Shown one piece after another: positions 8,612 to 17,635 of a stretch of DNA of 32,000 bases; position 1 is the stretch's first letter; every line of letters starts with the position of its first letter. The stretch lies in the NCBI RefSeq assembly GCF_900083515.1, contig NZ_LT671858.1, positions 390,001 through 422,000 of the forward strand, written 5' to 3'. The position numbers and the translations under genes are program-made. The stretch comes from Cuniculiplasma divulgatum. Lineage in GTDB: Archaea > Thermoplasmatota > Thermoplasmata > Thermoplasmatales > Thermoplasmataceae. The notes under the pieces were generated by a model. It was not told the origin of the DNA. It was given only the letters and a program-made list of their open reading frames with translations, and searched no databases.

Positions 8612-9370
8612 CTAAAAATCATAGAGTGTTGTCTTATTAACCTTTAGAAAATATCTGTCGTAAATTTCCATGAATTTCCTTCTTGAGGTAAACTTAAACC
8701 CAACCATTTTTATGCCCTCTGAAGTTTCTTCCAGAAGACCAGCCTCAACTCCTTCACTTAAAATCTTGCTGATGGATTCCCAGAGATCATAGGTGCTCAT
8801 ACCAAGGCTTCTATTAATTGTCTCTTTGGTAACTTCTGCAATTAAGTCATTTCTTAACATGGCCCTCCTTATTCCAATAACCGACCTAAGTATGGAGAAT
8901 TTCTCATAAACTGGCATTTTCTCATAGTATGGAAACGGATAAAAGTTAACTATTTCAACCTCCTTTTGCTGACCTGAATAATTCTCAATAACCTTTGATC
9001 TGTTCCTTTCTGAAATAATAAGATAATTCTTAAAAGGATCGCTGTCTAATCCAGCATTTTTTCCAAGGCAAACATTAACAATTCTCTTTGCTGAAGTTAG
9101 TGGATCAGTAGAAGTTTTCCTGATTTTTCCGGAGAAGCCGTTCCACACACTAACCTGTCCCTTATTATCCACAGTTTCTATAGAAAAGCTCTCTCTTTCA
9201 CACCTGAAGGTTTTGATCTGTAATGGTGTAATATCACAGGATTCCAGATAGGAAAACAGACCAGAAATCACACTGTAAAGTTTGTTTCTTTCCTTCTCTT
9301 CCTTATGAAACTCACTTAAGAGTGGATCTAATTCCAACAAACACCCCTCCTGCTTTTTCAACAATTTCAC
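8612..9370 (-). CDS. Hypothetical protein (up to 252 aa), with a possible C-terminal winged-helix
   Basis: GTG at 9370 overlaps the upstream ORF by 59 nt. An alternative TTG at 9340 lies 5 nt downstream of GGAGG (9350..9346 on the minus strand) and would overlap by 29 nt. The C-terminal segment STYDLWESISKILSEGVEAGLLEETSEGIKMVGFKF looks wHTH-like. Confidence 0.55.
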   Translation of the reverse strand: MKLLKKQEGCLLELDPLLSEFHKEEKERNKLYSVISGLFSYLESCDITPLQIKTFRCERESFSIETVDNKGQVSVWNGFSGKIRKTSTDPLTSAKRIVNVCLGKNAGLDSDPFKNYLIISERNRSKVIENYSGQQKEVEIVNFYPFPYYEKMPVYEKFSILRSVIGIRRAMLRNDLIAEVTKETINRSLGMSTYDLWESISKILSEGVEAGLLEETSEGIKMVGFKFTSRRKFMEIYDRYFLKVNKTTLYDF

Positions 9371-10157
9371 TCATTTCAATTACTGTATTCAAATCAGTTG
9401 AATTCATAGACACAAGACTCATATTGTTTTGCCTTACGATCATCTCTATCCTGTGGGACTGGTCACTTGCATATGCATAAATTAAAGTATCTCCATTCCT
9501 GAATCTTTTGATTAGGGTAATTCTCCTTTTTCCAAGCCTCAGCTTCAATCTCTCCACTATCTCGCTACTGACTGAGTAATCTGAAATATATGGCCTTAAT
9601 ATCACATTTTCAATGCTTGTTTCCGCACCTTTGTTCAGGTAAAAATTTTTAAGAGCTTCTGATAAGTACTGTGCTGTTAGTTCACCCAATACCGAGATGA
9701 TATCCCTATCATTTGACCATATCCTTGAAAATCTGTCTACACCGAAATAAGTTTTGTCTTTCCTGAATGTACAGCTTTTGAAGCTGAATCCATTTTTCAG
9801 AAACTTAATGATAACATCGTATGAGATCAGGGTTCTGGATGAGGAAGTTCTAAAATACTCTCCCTCCTCGCCTTCCAGCTCTACAGATGAAGGATAAAAT
9901 CCGGAATTTTCCATATCAGATGCTAATTTAGCAAAGACATTTTCAGGCATTATGAGAAAGTCATTTTCCCTTGTCTTTGGGGCCTTTCTACTTCGGTAGG
10001 ATATGATCTTAAGATTCTCAGAATAGGGAAACACAATATGTTCCGTTGAATATCCATCGAGGCTCATCTCAAGTCCAGTGATAAACTTCATTATATAATA
10101 TCCACTATTTCCTCTGAGGTTATTCTTTATAATCTGGGATAGCTTAATCTGTTCCAA
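9312..10157 (-). CDS. Hypothetical protein (281 aa), no family recognised
   Basis: ATG start with balanced composition. It is the first gene of a two-ORF unit divergent from the MarC gene. No Walker, metal-binding or other motifs were recognised by eye. Confidence 0.55.
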   Translation of the reverse strand: MEQIKLSQIIKNNLRGNSGYYIMKFITGLEMSLDGYSTEHIVFPYSENLKIISYRSRKAPKTRENDFLIMPENVFAKLASDMENSGFYPSSVELEGEEGEYFRTSSSRTLISYDVIIKFLKNGFSFKSCTFRKDKTYFGVDRFSRIWSNDRDIISVLGELTAQYLSEALKNFYLNKGAETSIENVILRPYISDYSVSSEIVERLKLRLGKRRITLIKRFRNGDTLIYAYASDQSHRIEMIVRQNNMSLVSMNSTDLNTVIEMSEIVEKAGGVFVGIRSTLK

Positions 10158-10298
10158 TAATTCAACAACGATTTAAGGTATATATGATTTTTCAGACAAT
10201 GAAATATTCGTTGTCAGACACAGAGGATCAAATAAAATTAATAAAAAAATATATTAAACCATGCAGGGTTTTGTAATTCCAGACCAATAATTATAAGA

Positions 10299-10958
10299 GT
10301 GAAAGATATGGCTATAGCATTGTCCATCGTTGAAATGATCGAATTCGCAGGTTACAGTCTTGCAGCCATGTTCGCAATAATGAATCCCATAGGGGCAATT
10401 CCAACACTGGTTTTTTTAACAGATGGATACAGTAAAAAGGAGAAAATGATAACGATCAGGAGAAGCATATATATGGCTTCAGGGATGATTGTTGGTTTTG
10501 TTCTCGTGGGGTATTATATCTTTGAGGGACTTGGAATTAACATAAACGACTTCAAGGTTGCGGGTGGAATCCTGCTTTTCAAAGTTGCTTTTGACATGCT
10601 TCAGGGGAAGACTTCAAATACCAAACTTACAAGGGAGGAGAGTCAGGAAGGAAAGCAACAGGAAGACGTTGGAATAGTGCCCATAGGAACACCACTTCTT
10701 GCCGGTCCCGGTTCAATCACAACCGCCATACTACTTAACGCAAAAGCAAATACTATACCGCTAAAATTTAGTTTTGGTATCGCACTTGTGATTTTGTTTA
10801 TTATATCATATTTTATTCTTTATTTCTCATCATCCATTGCCTCAAAAATAGGCAAAACAGGAACGACAGTCATTTCAAGAATAATGGGTTTATTACTTGC
10901 ATCCATAGCAATAGAGCTCATAACTACTGGTATAATTGCAATCGCTGCTGGTATATAA
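10299..10958 (+). CDS. MarC family integral membrane protein (UPF0056)
   Basis: Six hydrophobic segments. Conserved MarC blocks NPIGAIP and VGIVPIGTPLLAGPGSITTAILL. GTG at 10299; the ATG at 10308 (MAIALS) is the more likely start. Confidence 0.8.
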   Translation: MKDMAIALSIVEMIEFAGYSLAAMFAIMNPIGAIPTLVFLTDGYSKKEKMITIRRSIYMASGMIVGFVLVGYYIFEGLGININDFKVAGGILLFKVAFDMLQGKTSNTKLTREESQEGKQQEDVGIVPIGTPLLAGPGSITTAILLNAKANTIPLKFSFGIALVILFIISYFILYFSSSIASKIGKTGTTVISRIMGLLLASIAIELITTGIIAIAAGI

Positions 10959-10986
10959 AAATAATAATTCAAAGGGTTAAAATCAT

Positions 10987-11658
10987 TCAGTAAATCATTT
11001 CGAGAATTTTGAATAGTAATTCCATATTGTATTGTCCAGCAATAACAGGTTTATCAAATGACGAATAAATAAAGTCACTGACAGTAAGCGCAGAAACTAT
11101 TCTGAGACTCTGATTTTCATTTCCCTGGGGAACGATAGATAATATTCTCTCACCATCTGTATGTTTGACATACCAGAGAATATCCAATATATTCTCGCTA
11201 TCAAATGTGGAAGCGAGTTTAATTGCCACTTTCCCGTACTTTGCAAGCTTTTCAAATCTATTCCTGAATTCCAAAGGATTGGAAAAATGCGAAGACAGAA
11301 TAGTCCTATTTTGTGGATAGTTTATTGAGTTTCTACTGATTATGGATATGTCAATGTCCAGAATTGAGTTTTCATGATTGAGGGGAATTTTATAAATTTG
11401 ATCAGCAATAGAAAGCTCCTCTGTCCTGAAGGTGAAAATGTTTGGAAGGGAATAATCATCTACTATTTTCATGTATTTTTCAATGTAATCCTTTTGATTA
11501 TTTGTCCAAAGGTCCATCCTGAACTCAGGAATAAAGTGAAAGTCATCGAGTTTTTTTGAAATGAGCTTAATCTGATTCTCATAATCTTTCTCAGGGATAA
11601 CAGATGCAACAATAACTGCCATTCCACCCCTTTTTTTTAGTATGTCTATATTTACCAA
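10987..11658 (-). CDS. aroD: 3-dehydroquinate dehydratase, type I
   Basis: EFRMDLW (compare ELRVD), ILSSHFSNP (compare xSxHDFxxTP), the Schiff-base lysine context VAIKLAS (compare DIxKIA), and QSLRIVSAL (compare GxxSRI). The start may be ATG 11622 (MAVIVAS). Confidence 0.65.
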   Translation of the reverse strand: MVNIDILKKRGGMAVIVASVIPEKDYENQIKLISKKLDDFHFIPEFRMDLWTNNQKDYIEKYMKIVDDYSLPNIFTFRTEELSIADQIYKIPLNHENSILDIDISIISRNSINYPQNRTILSSHFSNPLEFRNRFEKLAKYGKVAIKLASTFDSENILDILWYVKHTDGERILSIVPQGNENQSLRIVSALTVSDFIYSSFDKPVIAGQYNMELLFKILEMIY

Positions 11659-11808
11659 TATTCACACTTTCCTACTAATACGATTTCGTTATAATAACTT
11701 GCCATTTAGTTACAACCATATTTCACATAGATAGTTTGAACATTACAAAAGAAGCTTGGCGTCACCAAAGGTCTAAACTTTTATTAATTAAATCGCCATG
11801 GCTCAGAG

Positions 11809-12129
11809 TTGAAGCTGACAGAAAATAAAATTATGAATATACTGGAGGTTTTGAGTAAAATGGATATGGTTGAAATTAAAAAAGGTGGAAAATACAAGGT
11901 AATATCAAACAGCGGAAAAGATGAGCCCATGGAGACCGATGGTGAGTTCGTGGGATACACAATTTTAGGTGAAGAAGGTGCGCTCGTCTTTAAGGTTTCC
12001 GGCGAAAAAAAAGTTCTTTTGAGATTGATTCCGGTGTCAAACCTGATAGCCATTGATTTTGGTGAAGATGAAGTTGTTACTCAGGGAAAATCAAAAACCA
12101 ATCATGATTCAGTAAATTATATAAGCTGA
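11809..12129 (+). CDS. Small hypothetical protein (98-106 aa)
   Basis: K/E/G-rich ORF. TTG at 11809, or ATG at 11833 (MNILEVL). The opposing 89-aa ORF (11784..12053) is S/F/P-rich and looks like a shadow. No family recognised. Confidence 0.4.
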   Translation: MKLTENKIMNILEVLSKMDMVEIKKGGKYKVISNSGKDEPMETDGEFVGYTILGEEGALVFKVSGEKKVLLRLIPVSNLIAIDFGEDEVVTQGKSKTNHDSVNYIS

Positions 12130-12196
12130 ATTTAAAAAAATCTTTTTGAGCACAATCTAAATAAAAACTTAATTACTCTTAATTTCATACGCTTCT

Positions 12197-12571
12197 ATGA
12201 GCAATATTCCTGAGGATCTGAAATACACCAAAACCCACGAATGGGTCAGAACAAATGGTACTGAAGTTGAGATAGGAGTAACTGATTTTGCGCAGAAACA
12301 GCTTACAGATGTAGTCTATGTAGATCTGCCAGAAGTTGGAAAGGAAATTAAAAGTGGTGATACATTGTTGACTGTTGAGTCCGTTAAATCCGCCGAGGAA
12401 GTTTTCTCACCTGTTACTGGAAAAATAACTGCAGTTAATAAGGAACTGGAAAGTAAACCCGAGCTGATCAATCAGGAACCCTACAATTCATGGCTGGTTA
12501 AAATTAAGCTAAATGAGGAAATAAAAGGCACATTAACAGCCGAAGAGTACAGGAAACTAACCGGTCAATGA
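12197..12571 (+). CDS. gcvH: Glycine cleavage system H protein
   Basis: 124 aa. YTKTHEWV, GVTDFAQ, and the lipoyl-lysine motif VESVKSAEEVFSPVTGKI. Confidence 0.9.
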   Translation: MSNIPEDLKYTKTHEWVRTNGTEVEIGVTDFAQKQLTDVVYVDLPEVGKEIKSGDTLLTVESVKSAEEVFSPVTGKITAVNKELESKPELINQEPYNSWLVKIKLNEEIKGTLTAEEYRKLTGQ

Positions 12572-13155
12572 GAAAAAGAGAAGATATTTACTATAACAGG
12601 GCTAAAAAGGCTGGTTATAGAAGCAGGGCTGCATATAAACTCATAGAGATTGACAGAAAATTTGAAATTCTTTCCAGAGCTCATTATATTCTGGAAATTG
12701 GGTCCTCACCTGGAGGCTGGACAGATGTTCTAATGGAAAGAACTCCGGAATATTTGCTTTGCGTTGATATAAGCGCAAAAAAATCAGATGTAATGCCATA
12801 TTCCATAAGGGGAGATGTCACCAGAGAATCTTCGTGGAATGATATCAAGGAATTTCTGGATGGAAAAAAGATGGATCTTATTCTGTCAGATGCTATGTCA
12901 CACACTACTGGGCAGCATTCACTTGATCATGCATCTTCAGTGAACATATGCACATCAATTCTTGAATACGGCATGGAGGTTCTAAGAATTGGGGGAAACG
13001 TTATGGTAAAGCAGTTTCAGGGAGAATATACAAATGAATTCATGAACCAGTTCAAGGGATTCTTCAGAAGGAACTATATCACCAAGCCCGGTGCATCAAG
13101 AAGTGAAAGCAGTGAAATATACATTATTTTCGCGGGACTTCTTGATCACACATAA
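12568..13155 (+). CDS. rlmE: 23S rRNA (uridine-2'-O)-methyltransferase RlmE/FtsJ
   Basis: RSRAAYKLIEID, SAM motif ILEIGSSPGGWT, DLILSDAMSHTTG, VKQFQG, and KPGASRSESSEIYII. ATGA overlap with gcvH. Confidence 0.9.
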   Translation: MRKREDIYYNRAKKAGYRSRAAYKLIEIDRKFEILSRAHYILEIGSSPGGWTDVLMERTPEYLLCVDISAKKSDVMPYSIRGDVTRESSWNDIKEFLDGKKMDLILSDAMSHTTGQHSLDHASSVNICTSILEYGMEVLRIGGNVMVKQFQGEYTNEFMNQFKGFFRRNYITKPGASRSESSEIYIIFAGLLDHT

Positions 13156-13775
13156 TTTGTTTTTCTTTTTACTTCGTTATTAAACTCATACTCTATTATT
13201 GCAAAATATTTTCTTTCAGTTCCTTCTTTGAACATTTTGTTAAGGTTCTCAGAAATAGCCTCTTCTCTCATTTTCTCCATATTGCCCATGGCTCTGGTCT
13301 TTTCAATTTCCGCTCTCCACTGCATTACAAATTTTTCAGGAGATTCCATGTCGAAGTTCCTCTTCTTGAGTTTCCTTTTTTTAGTGATATATCCAACCAT
13401 TTGAGAAACTGTATACTCTTCCTCATATCTCGTACCGAATGTTTCCTCATCAACATCCAGTCCTATGACTGGAATATTATTCTCTTTTGCATAAATGATT
13501 GTTTGTGTAAAAATTGGTGGGGGGACCTCAACGGGGCCAAACTGAGAAAGAAGAGTTCCATAAATTAGTTCATAATCACTCATGTCAATTTCAAAAGGAT
13601 CGTCAACAAAATTCTTTAAGCCCTCAACCTCTTCCGGTGATATCCCCATCATTATTACTTCCGGTTTAAAGGAATCCAGCTTTTCCTTTACTGCATTACC
13701 ATCTGAGACAAGACCCTTTATGCCAAAACAGACAAGCATTAGTTTTTCTTTTGATCTGATCTCAATAAATTCCAT
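13146..13775 (-). CDS. Hypothetical protein, weakly TraB/PrgY-family-like
   Basis: 209 aa. Its layout resembles the TraB family: an N-terminal beta-strand LMLVCFGIKG followed by KPEVIMMGISPEE, then AKENNIPVIGLDVDEE, and a C-terminal REEAISENL...YFAIIEYEF. The usual GTAHVS histidine is absent. The start ATG directly abuts the stop of the upstream HTH gene (TGAATG), and the 3' end overlaps rlmE convergently by 10 nt. Confidence 0.45.
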   Translation of the reverse strand: MEFIEIRSKEKLMLVCFGIKGLVSDGNAVKEKLDSFKPEVIMMGISPEEVEGLKNFVDDPFEIDMSDYELIYGTLLSQFGPVEVPPPIFTQTIIYAKENNIPVIGLDVDEETFGTRYEEEYTVSQMVGYITKKRKLKKRNFDMESPEKFVMQWRAEIEKTRAMGNMEKMREEAISENLNKMFKEGTERKYFAIIEYEFNNEVKRKTNYV

Positions 13776-14732
13776 TCACTGAATGCTCTCTTTAATCTTC
13801 TCTATACGCTTTTGGAAATTCTCCAGGCTTCCCAGTTCAAGCAATTCCTTGAAAGTTATTACGCTGCATCCACCGATCATCTCCTTTGATGTATCCGTAG
13901 TTGAAATAAGCACAGGTTCCTTTTCAAGGATGTTGCAAATGTTTCTTATATACTCTATCTTTTTTGATTCAAATTTATTCTTTTCTGAAATCCCCATTAT
14001 GTACATGATCTCAGACTGTTCCTCACTTAGGGCATCGAACGGAACTCTTCGGAAGAATTCAGTAATCATTCCAAAACCGCCCATAACCTGTTTTATGCCC
14101 CTTATAAATTCATCGGCTGACTCTTCTGTAACATTATCAAGCTTAGAGCCCTTAAGCGTTTCTCTAAGATCTATACTTTTACTAATATCCTCTCCTAGGA
14201 GTGACTTTAATTTATTAAATACGTCCAGCGTTGTAGAATTTCCAGTTTCATACAGTGAAATGGATCTTCTTGATATTCCAATCTTCCCTGAAACATAACC
14301 AATTGAGCATCCCTTTTTTGCCCTTAGCTCCTGCATTTTCCTTCCATCTATATTTACGTAATATCCACCTGGTCCAGAATACGTATTTGGTCTGTTTCCC
14401 CTAACGTATTCCCTGAAAGTTTCAATAGTCATTATGGGAATCTTATGCCTGAAGTACATTACGTTATCTTCCAGTTCCCCTGAACCAGATTTGTAACCAA
14501 TGATAATTGGAACGAGATCCATACTCGTCGATAGCCTGTAGAGTTCTGAAGCCATGTCAATTTTTAAAGTATCCACGTTATACACAGATTTTAAGATAAT
14601 AGTCTCCTCACTACCTTTAGCTAAAATATCAAAGCTCAATGACCCATCCATATCAATCTCTATTGGTAAATAGTCATTTGCTTTCAGAATCATCATCAGA
14701 TTCCTGTTTGCCCAGGTACGATAGTCCTCCAC
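13776..14732 (-). CDS. Archaeal putative HTH-type transcriptional regulator (central cro/C1-type HTH)
   Basis: 318 aa with a central XRE-type HTH, LRAKKGCSIGYVSGKIGISRRSISLYETGNSTTLDVFNKLKSLLG, flanked by N- and C-terminal domains. This is the architecture of the conserved archaea-specific family of about 320 aa. GTG start. Confidence 0.8.
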   Translation of the reverse strand: MEDYRTWANRNLMMILKANDYLPIEIDMDGSLSFDILAKGSEETIILKSVYNVDTLKIDMASELYRLSTSMDLVPIIIGYKSGSGELEDNVMYFRHKIPIMTIETFREYVRGNRPNTYSGPGGYYVNIDGRKMQELRAKKGCSIGYVSGKIGISRRSISLYETGNSTTLDVFNKLKSLLGEDISKSIDLRETLKGSKLDNVTEESADEFIRGIKQVMGGFGMITEFFRRVPFDALSEEQSEIMYIMGISEKNKFESKKIEYIRNICNILEKEPVLISTTDTSKEMIGGCSVITFKELLELGSLENFQKRIEKIKESIQ

Positions 14733-14806
14733 TGAGCATGTAAATTGCTAAACTCATATATTAGTTTTATTTTTATTTATTTCAGTTTAAACTATTTTAT
14801 AAGTGT

Positions 14807-16567
14807 CTATCCCATAAGAAATTTCTCTCTTACTCTTGAGGTTATTTCATCAACTCCTTCAGAATCTCTGATCTCATACAGATCCTTTGGTGCCTCACCC
14901 AGAGTGGCATCAGCCCTGTCCAGCAAGCCTCTTCTGAAAAGATGTATTCTTATTCTATCTCCAGGTTTATAATCTCTCAGACTATCTATAAACATAGAAT
15001 CTCCCCTTTCTCTTAGAGGTTTCAAAAATCTGGAATCCATCTTGAATTTATTTATTGCCAGGATCTCATCTTCGGGCATAACTCCGGCTTTTTGTGCTGG
15101 TGAATCCTCAATAACAGAATATACCGTATTCTTGTCCTTTTTTACAATAATTCCAAGAAATGGGAGAGTCTGATTAAATCCCTTATCTAAACCATCATAT
15201 TTTTCTTCCAGTGTCATTCCAATTCTTTTCAGTTCAGATACAAAATCAATATTATCTGTGCCTCTTACATATTTTGCGAAGAATGGTCCAAAGTCTAAGG
15301 ATGACACCTCAGAGAGTGTTGAAAGGAGGTCTTTTTCGGTGAATCCACGTCCATCCTTGTTATATTTTTCTATCATGTGCCTGAATACGTCATCAAGGCT
15401 TTTTTGCCCCTTTGTGTATTCGCATATCCTTAAACTTATCATGAAACCAAGTATTTCTCCCTTAAGATAGTAAGAAACATAACTGTTCAAATTATTTGGG
15501 GACTCACGGTAAAGCTTTATCCATGCATCAAAGGAAGACTCAGAGGCGGATTCATATCTTGTTCCAGGTGTCATATCATATGCTCTGAAAATCTCTGATA
15601 CATGCTTGAAATACTCTTCTTTTGAAATAAGTCCACTCCTCAGGAGGATTATATATGCATAAAAGTTAGTAATTCCTTCAGATACCCAGAGTAATGAGCT
15701 ATAATTCTCTTCCTTGTAATTAAATGGACCAAGTTCAACAGGCCTAATTCTCTTTACATTCCATAGATGGAAATATTCGTGAGAAACTACTGAAAGAAAA
15801 GACTGATAATCTCTCTTATCACCAAACGCAAATCTATTAAAATCTATGGTATTTGAATTAAGATGCTCAAGACCACCTGATCCTTTATCAGTTAGGTGCA
15901 TTATGAAGACATACCTTTTGTACGGAAGGTTTCCGAATACTGTCCTTGAAGTTTCCACTATTTTCTTTACATCTTCTACAAGTTTATCTGTGTTTTCGTT
16001 TCCTTCCCCATATAGGGCAATTTCGTGCTCCCTTCCATCCACCGTGAAGAGAAGAGACCGATGTTTTCCTATTTCGATTGGGGAATCTGCAAATATATCA
16101 TAGTTTGTTGCTCTGAATCTATTTTCACCAATTTTTTCAAGGCCAGTTGAAACTTTCCAATCTTCATATGGCTTAATGATCAATTCTATGGATTGATCTT
16201 TATAACCTTCTATATACATGAAAACGTTAGTGCCATTGAGATATCCATGTGTGGTGTCCAGATGACTTCCTCTAACGGAGAAATCTCCTGCATATACCTC
16301 ATAAGAAACACTGAACGTCTTGTTATTTCCGTTTATTAATTTCCACGTTGATTTATCCTTTTTCTGGATCTCTATACTTTCATTTTCTGGCGTTCTTGCT
16401 TTCAGCATTCTCACGTTTCTGGCATAGTCTCTGATTGCATAAGAGCCAGGTGTCCAGGCGGGGATTGTTAACATGGTTATATCTTCTGATACTGAGTCAA
16501 TATTCATAGTAACCTGAAAGAAACCATTTTGAGGTTCTCTCATTTCTAATATATACCCTAATTTCAT
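14807..16567 (-). CDS. M61 family glycyl aminopeptidase with C-terminal PDZ domain
   Basis: HEYFHLWNVKRIRP (HExxH zinc site in the M61 context), a downstream EG.T.FY block, and a PDZ-like segment GIIVKKDKNTVYSVIEDSPAQKAGVMPEDEILAINK. Confidence 0.85.
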   Translation of the reverse strand: MKLGYILEMREPQNGFFQVTMNIDSVSEDITMLTIPAWTPGSYAIRDYARNVRMLKARTPENESIEIQKKDKSTWKLINGNNKTFSVSYEVYAGDFSVRGSHLDTTHGYLNGTNVFMYIEGYKDQSIELIIKPYEDWKVSTGLEKIGENRFRATNYDIFADSPIEIGKHRSLLFTVDGREHEIALYGEGNENTDKLVEDVKKIVETSRTVFGNLPYKRYVFIMHLTDKGSGGLEHLNSNTIDFNRFAFGDKRDYQSFLSVVSHEYFHLWNVKRIRPVELGPFNYKEENYSSLLWVSEGITNFYAYIILLRSGLISKEEYFKHVSEIFRAYDMTPGTRYESASESSFDAWIKLYRESPNNLNSYVSYYLKGEILGFMISLRICEYTKGQKSLDDVFRHMIEKYNKDGRGFTEKDLLSTLSEVSSLDFGPFFAKYVRGTDNIDFVSELKRIGMTLEEKYDGLDKGFNQTLPFLGIIVKKDKNTVYSVIEDSPAQKAGVMPEDEILAINKFKMDSRFLKPLRERGDSMFIDSLRDYKPGDRIRIHLFRRGLLDRADATLGEAPKDLYEIRDSEGVDEITSRVREKFLMG

Positions 16568-16599
16568 TATATTATCACTCTCACATTTTCAAAATTCAT

Positions 16600-17568
16600 T
16601 TAAATCTTTCCCTTCATCCCTTCTGCCAGTGATTCTGCAAAATAAGTAATGAAGATATCCGCTCCAGCCCTGAATACCGAAGTGACATATTCATTTATGG
16701 CTGATTCAGATATGAACCCATTTTTCACGGCATTAATTATCATGTTATATTCGCCACTTACACCATATGCAGCCAGTGGTCTATTGAATATGGTTGAAGC
16801 TTCTCTGATCACATCCATATAGAATAATGAAGGTTTAACCATGATAATGTCTGCCCCCTCTTCTATATCAAGTTCAATTTCCCTCATTGCTTCATTTATA
16901 TTTGCTGGGTCCATTTGATATGTTTTTCTGTCTCCAAAAGATGGTGTGGACTTTGCAGCGTCCCTGAAGGGACCGTATAATGAGGACGCATACTTGGCAG
17001 AGTATGCCATTATTGGAATATTTTCAAAACCATTTCCATCCAGTTCATTTCTAATTTTTTTTACCTGACCGTCCATCATTCCACTTGGTGCAATAATATT
17101 TGATCCCGCCTCTGCCTGACTCACTGCAATTTTACCATAGTAGTCAAGAGTTTTATCATTCCATACTTCTTTTCCTCTCAATATACCACAATGGCCGTGA
17201 TCTGTATATTCACACATGCAAAGATCAGTAACTACAAGGAGATCATTATTTCTAAATGACTTAATACTTCTCTGTATAACACCATCATCGGCGAATGACT
17301 GAGATCCCTCGCTATCCTTTTTTTCTGGAATACCAAATAAGAGCACCGTGTTTACACCAATTTTTTTCAAATGTTTTGCATATTCATCAACACTATCGAG
17401 TGTCTGTGTGAATATACTGGGTAAGCTTGGTATTTCTTGCGGTTCAGTTAAATTCTCATCTATAAAAACTGGCATGATTAATCTATCGAGGCTTATTTTT
17501 GTCTCACCTGTCAGGCTTCTTAAAAGTGGATTAGCCCTTAGTCTTCTTGGTCTGTACTCTGGAAACAT
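16600..17568 (-). CDS. hemB: Porphobilinogen synthase (delta-aminolevulinic acid dehydratase)
   Basis: RPRRLR, zinc-binding cysteine cluster DLCMCEYTDHGHCG, Schiff-base lysine in IIMVKPS, and YGVSGEY. Confidence 0.95.
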   Translation of the reverse strand: MFPEYRPRRLRANPLLRSLTGETKISLDRLIMPVFIDENLTEPQEIPSLPSIFTQTLDSVDEYAKHLKKIGVNTVLLFGIPEKKDSEGSQSFADDGVIQRSIKSFRNNDLLVVTDLCMCEYTDHGHCGILRGKEVWNDKTLDYYGKIAVSQAEAGSNIIAPSGMMDGQVKKIRNELDGNGFENIPIMAYSAKYASSLYGPFRDAAKSTPSFGDRKTYQMDPANINEAMREIELDIEEGADIIMVKPSLFYMDVIREASTIFNRPLAAYGVSGEYNMIINAVKNGFISESAINEYVTSVFRAGADIFITYFAESLAEGMKGKI

Positions 17569-17635
17569 ATAAGCAAATGACTGTCGATTATAATAACCTT
17601 GTAATGGAAAAGGAGGTAATATAAAAGTGATATTT

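Noticed and set aside
10178-10212. The TCAGACA direct repeat, with a weak GACAA/TTGTC dyad, upstream of the orphan operon and MarC
   Set aside because: Only 7-nt repeats and a 5-bp stem, which are too short to separate from chance without comparative data.
13783-14298. A long 171-aa ORF on the + strand, plus similar antisense ORFs at 503..742, 2920..3120, 4302..4628, 4639..4869, 7699..8007, 8170..8421, 12684..12905, 15846..16103, 22184..22444, 26314..26685, 27759..28109 and 30779..31033
   Set aside because: Each lies entirely inside a well-supported gene on the opposite strand. Each has the S/L/F/I/C-rich, low-complexity composition typical of shadow frames of K/E-rich AT-rich genes. None has a recognisable motif or its own promoter space.
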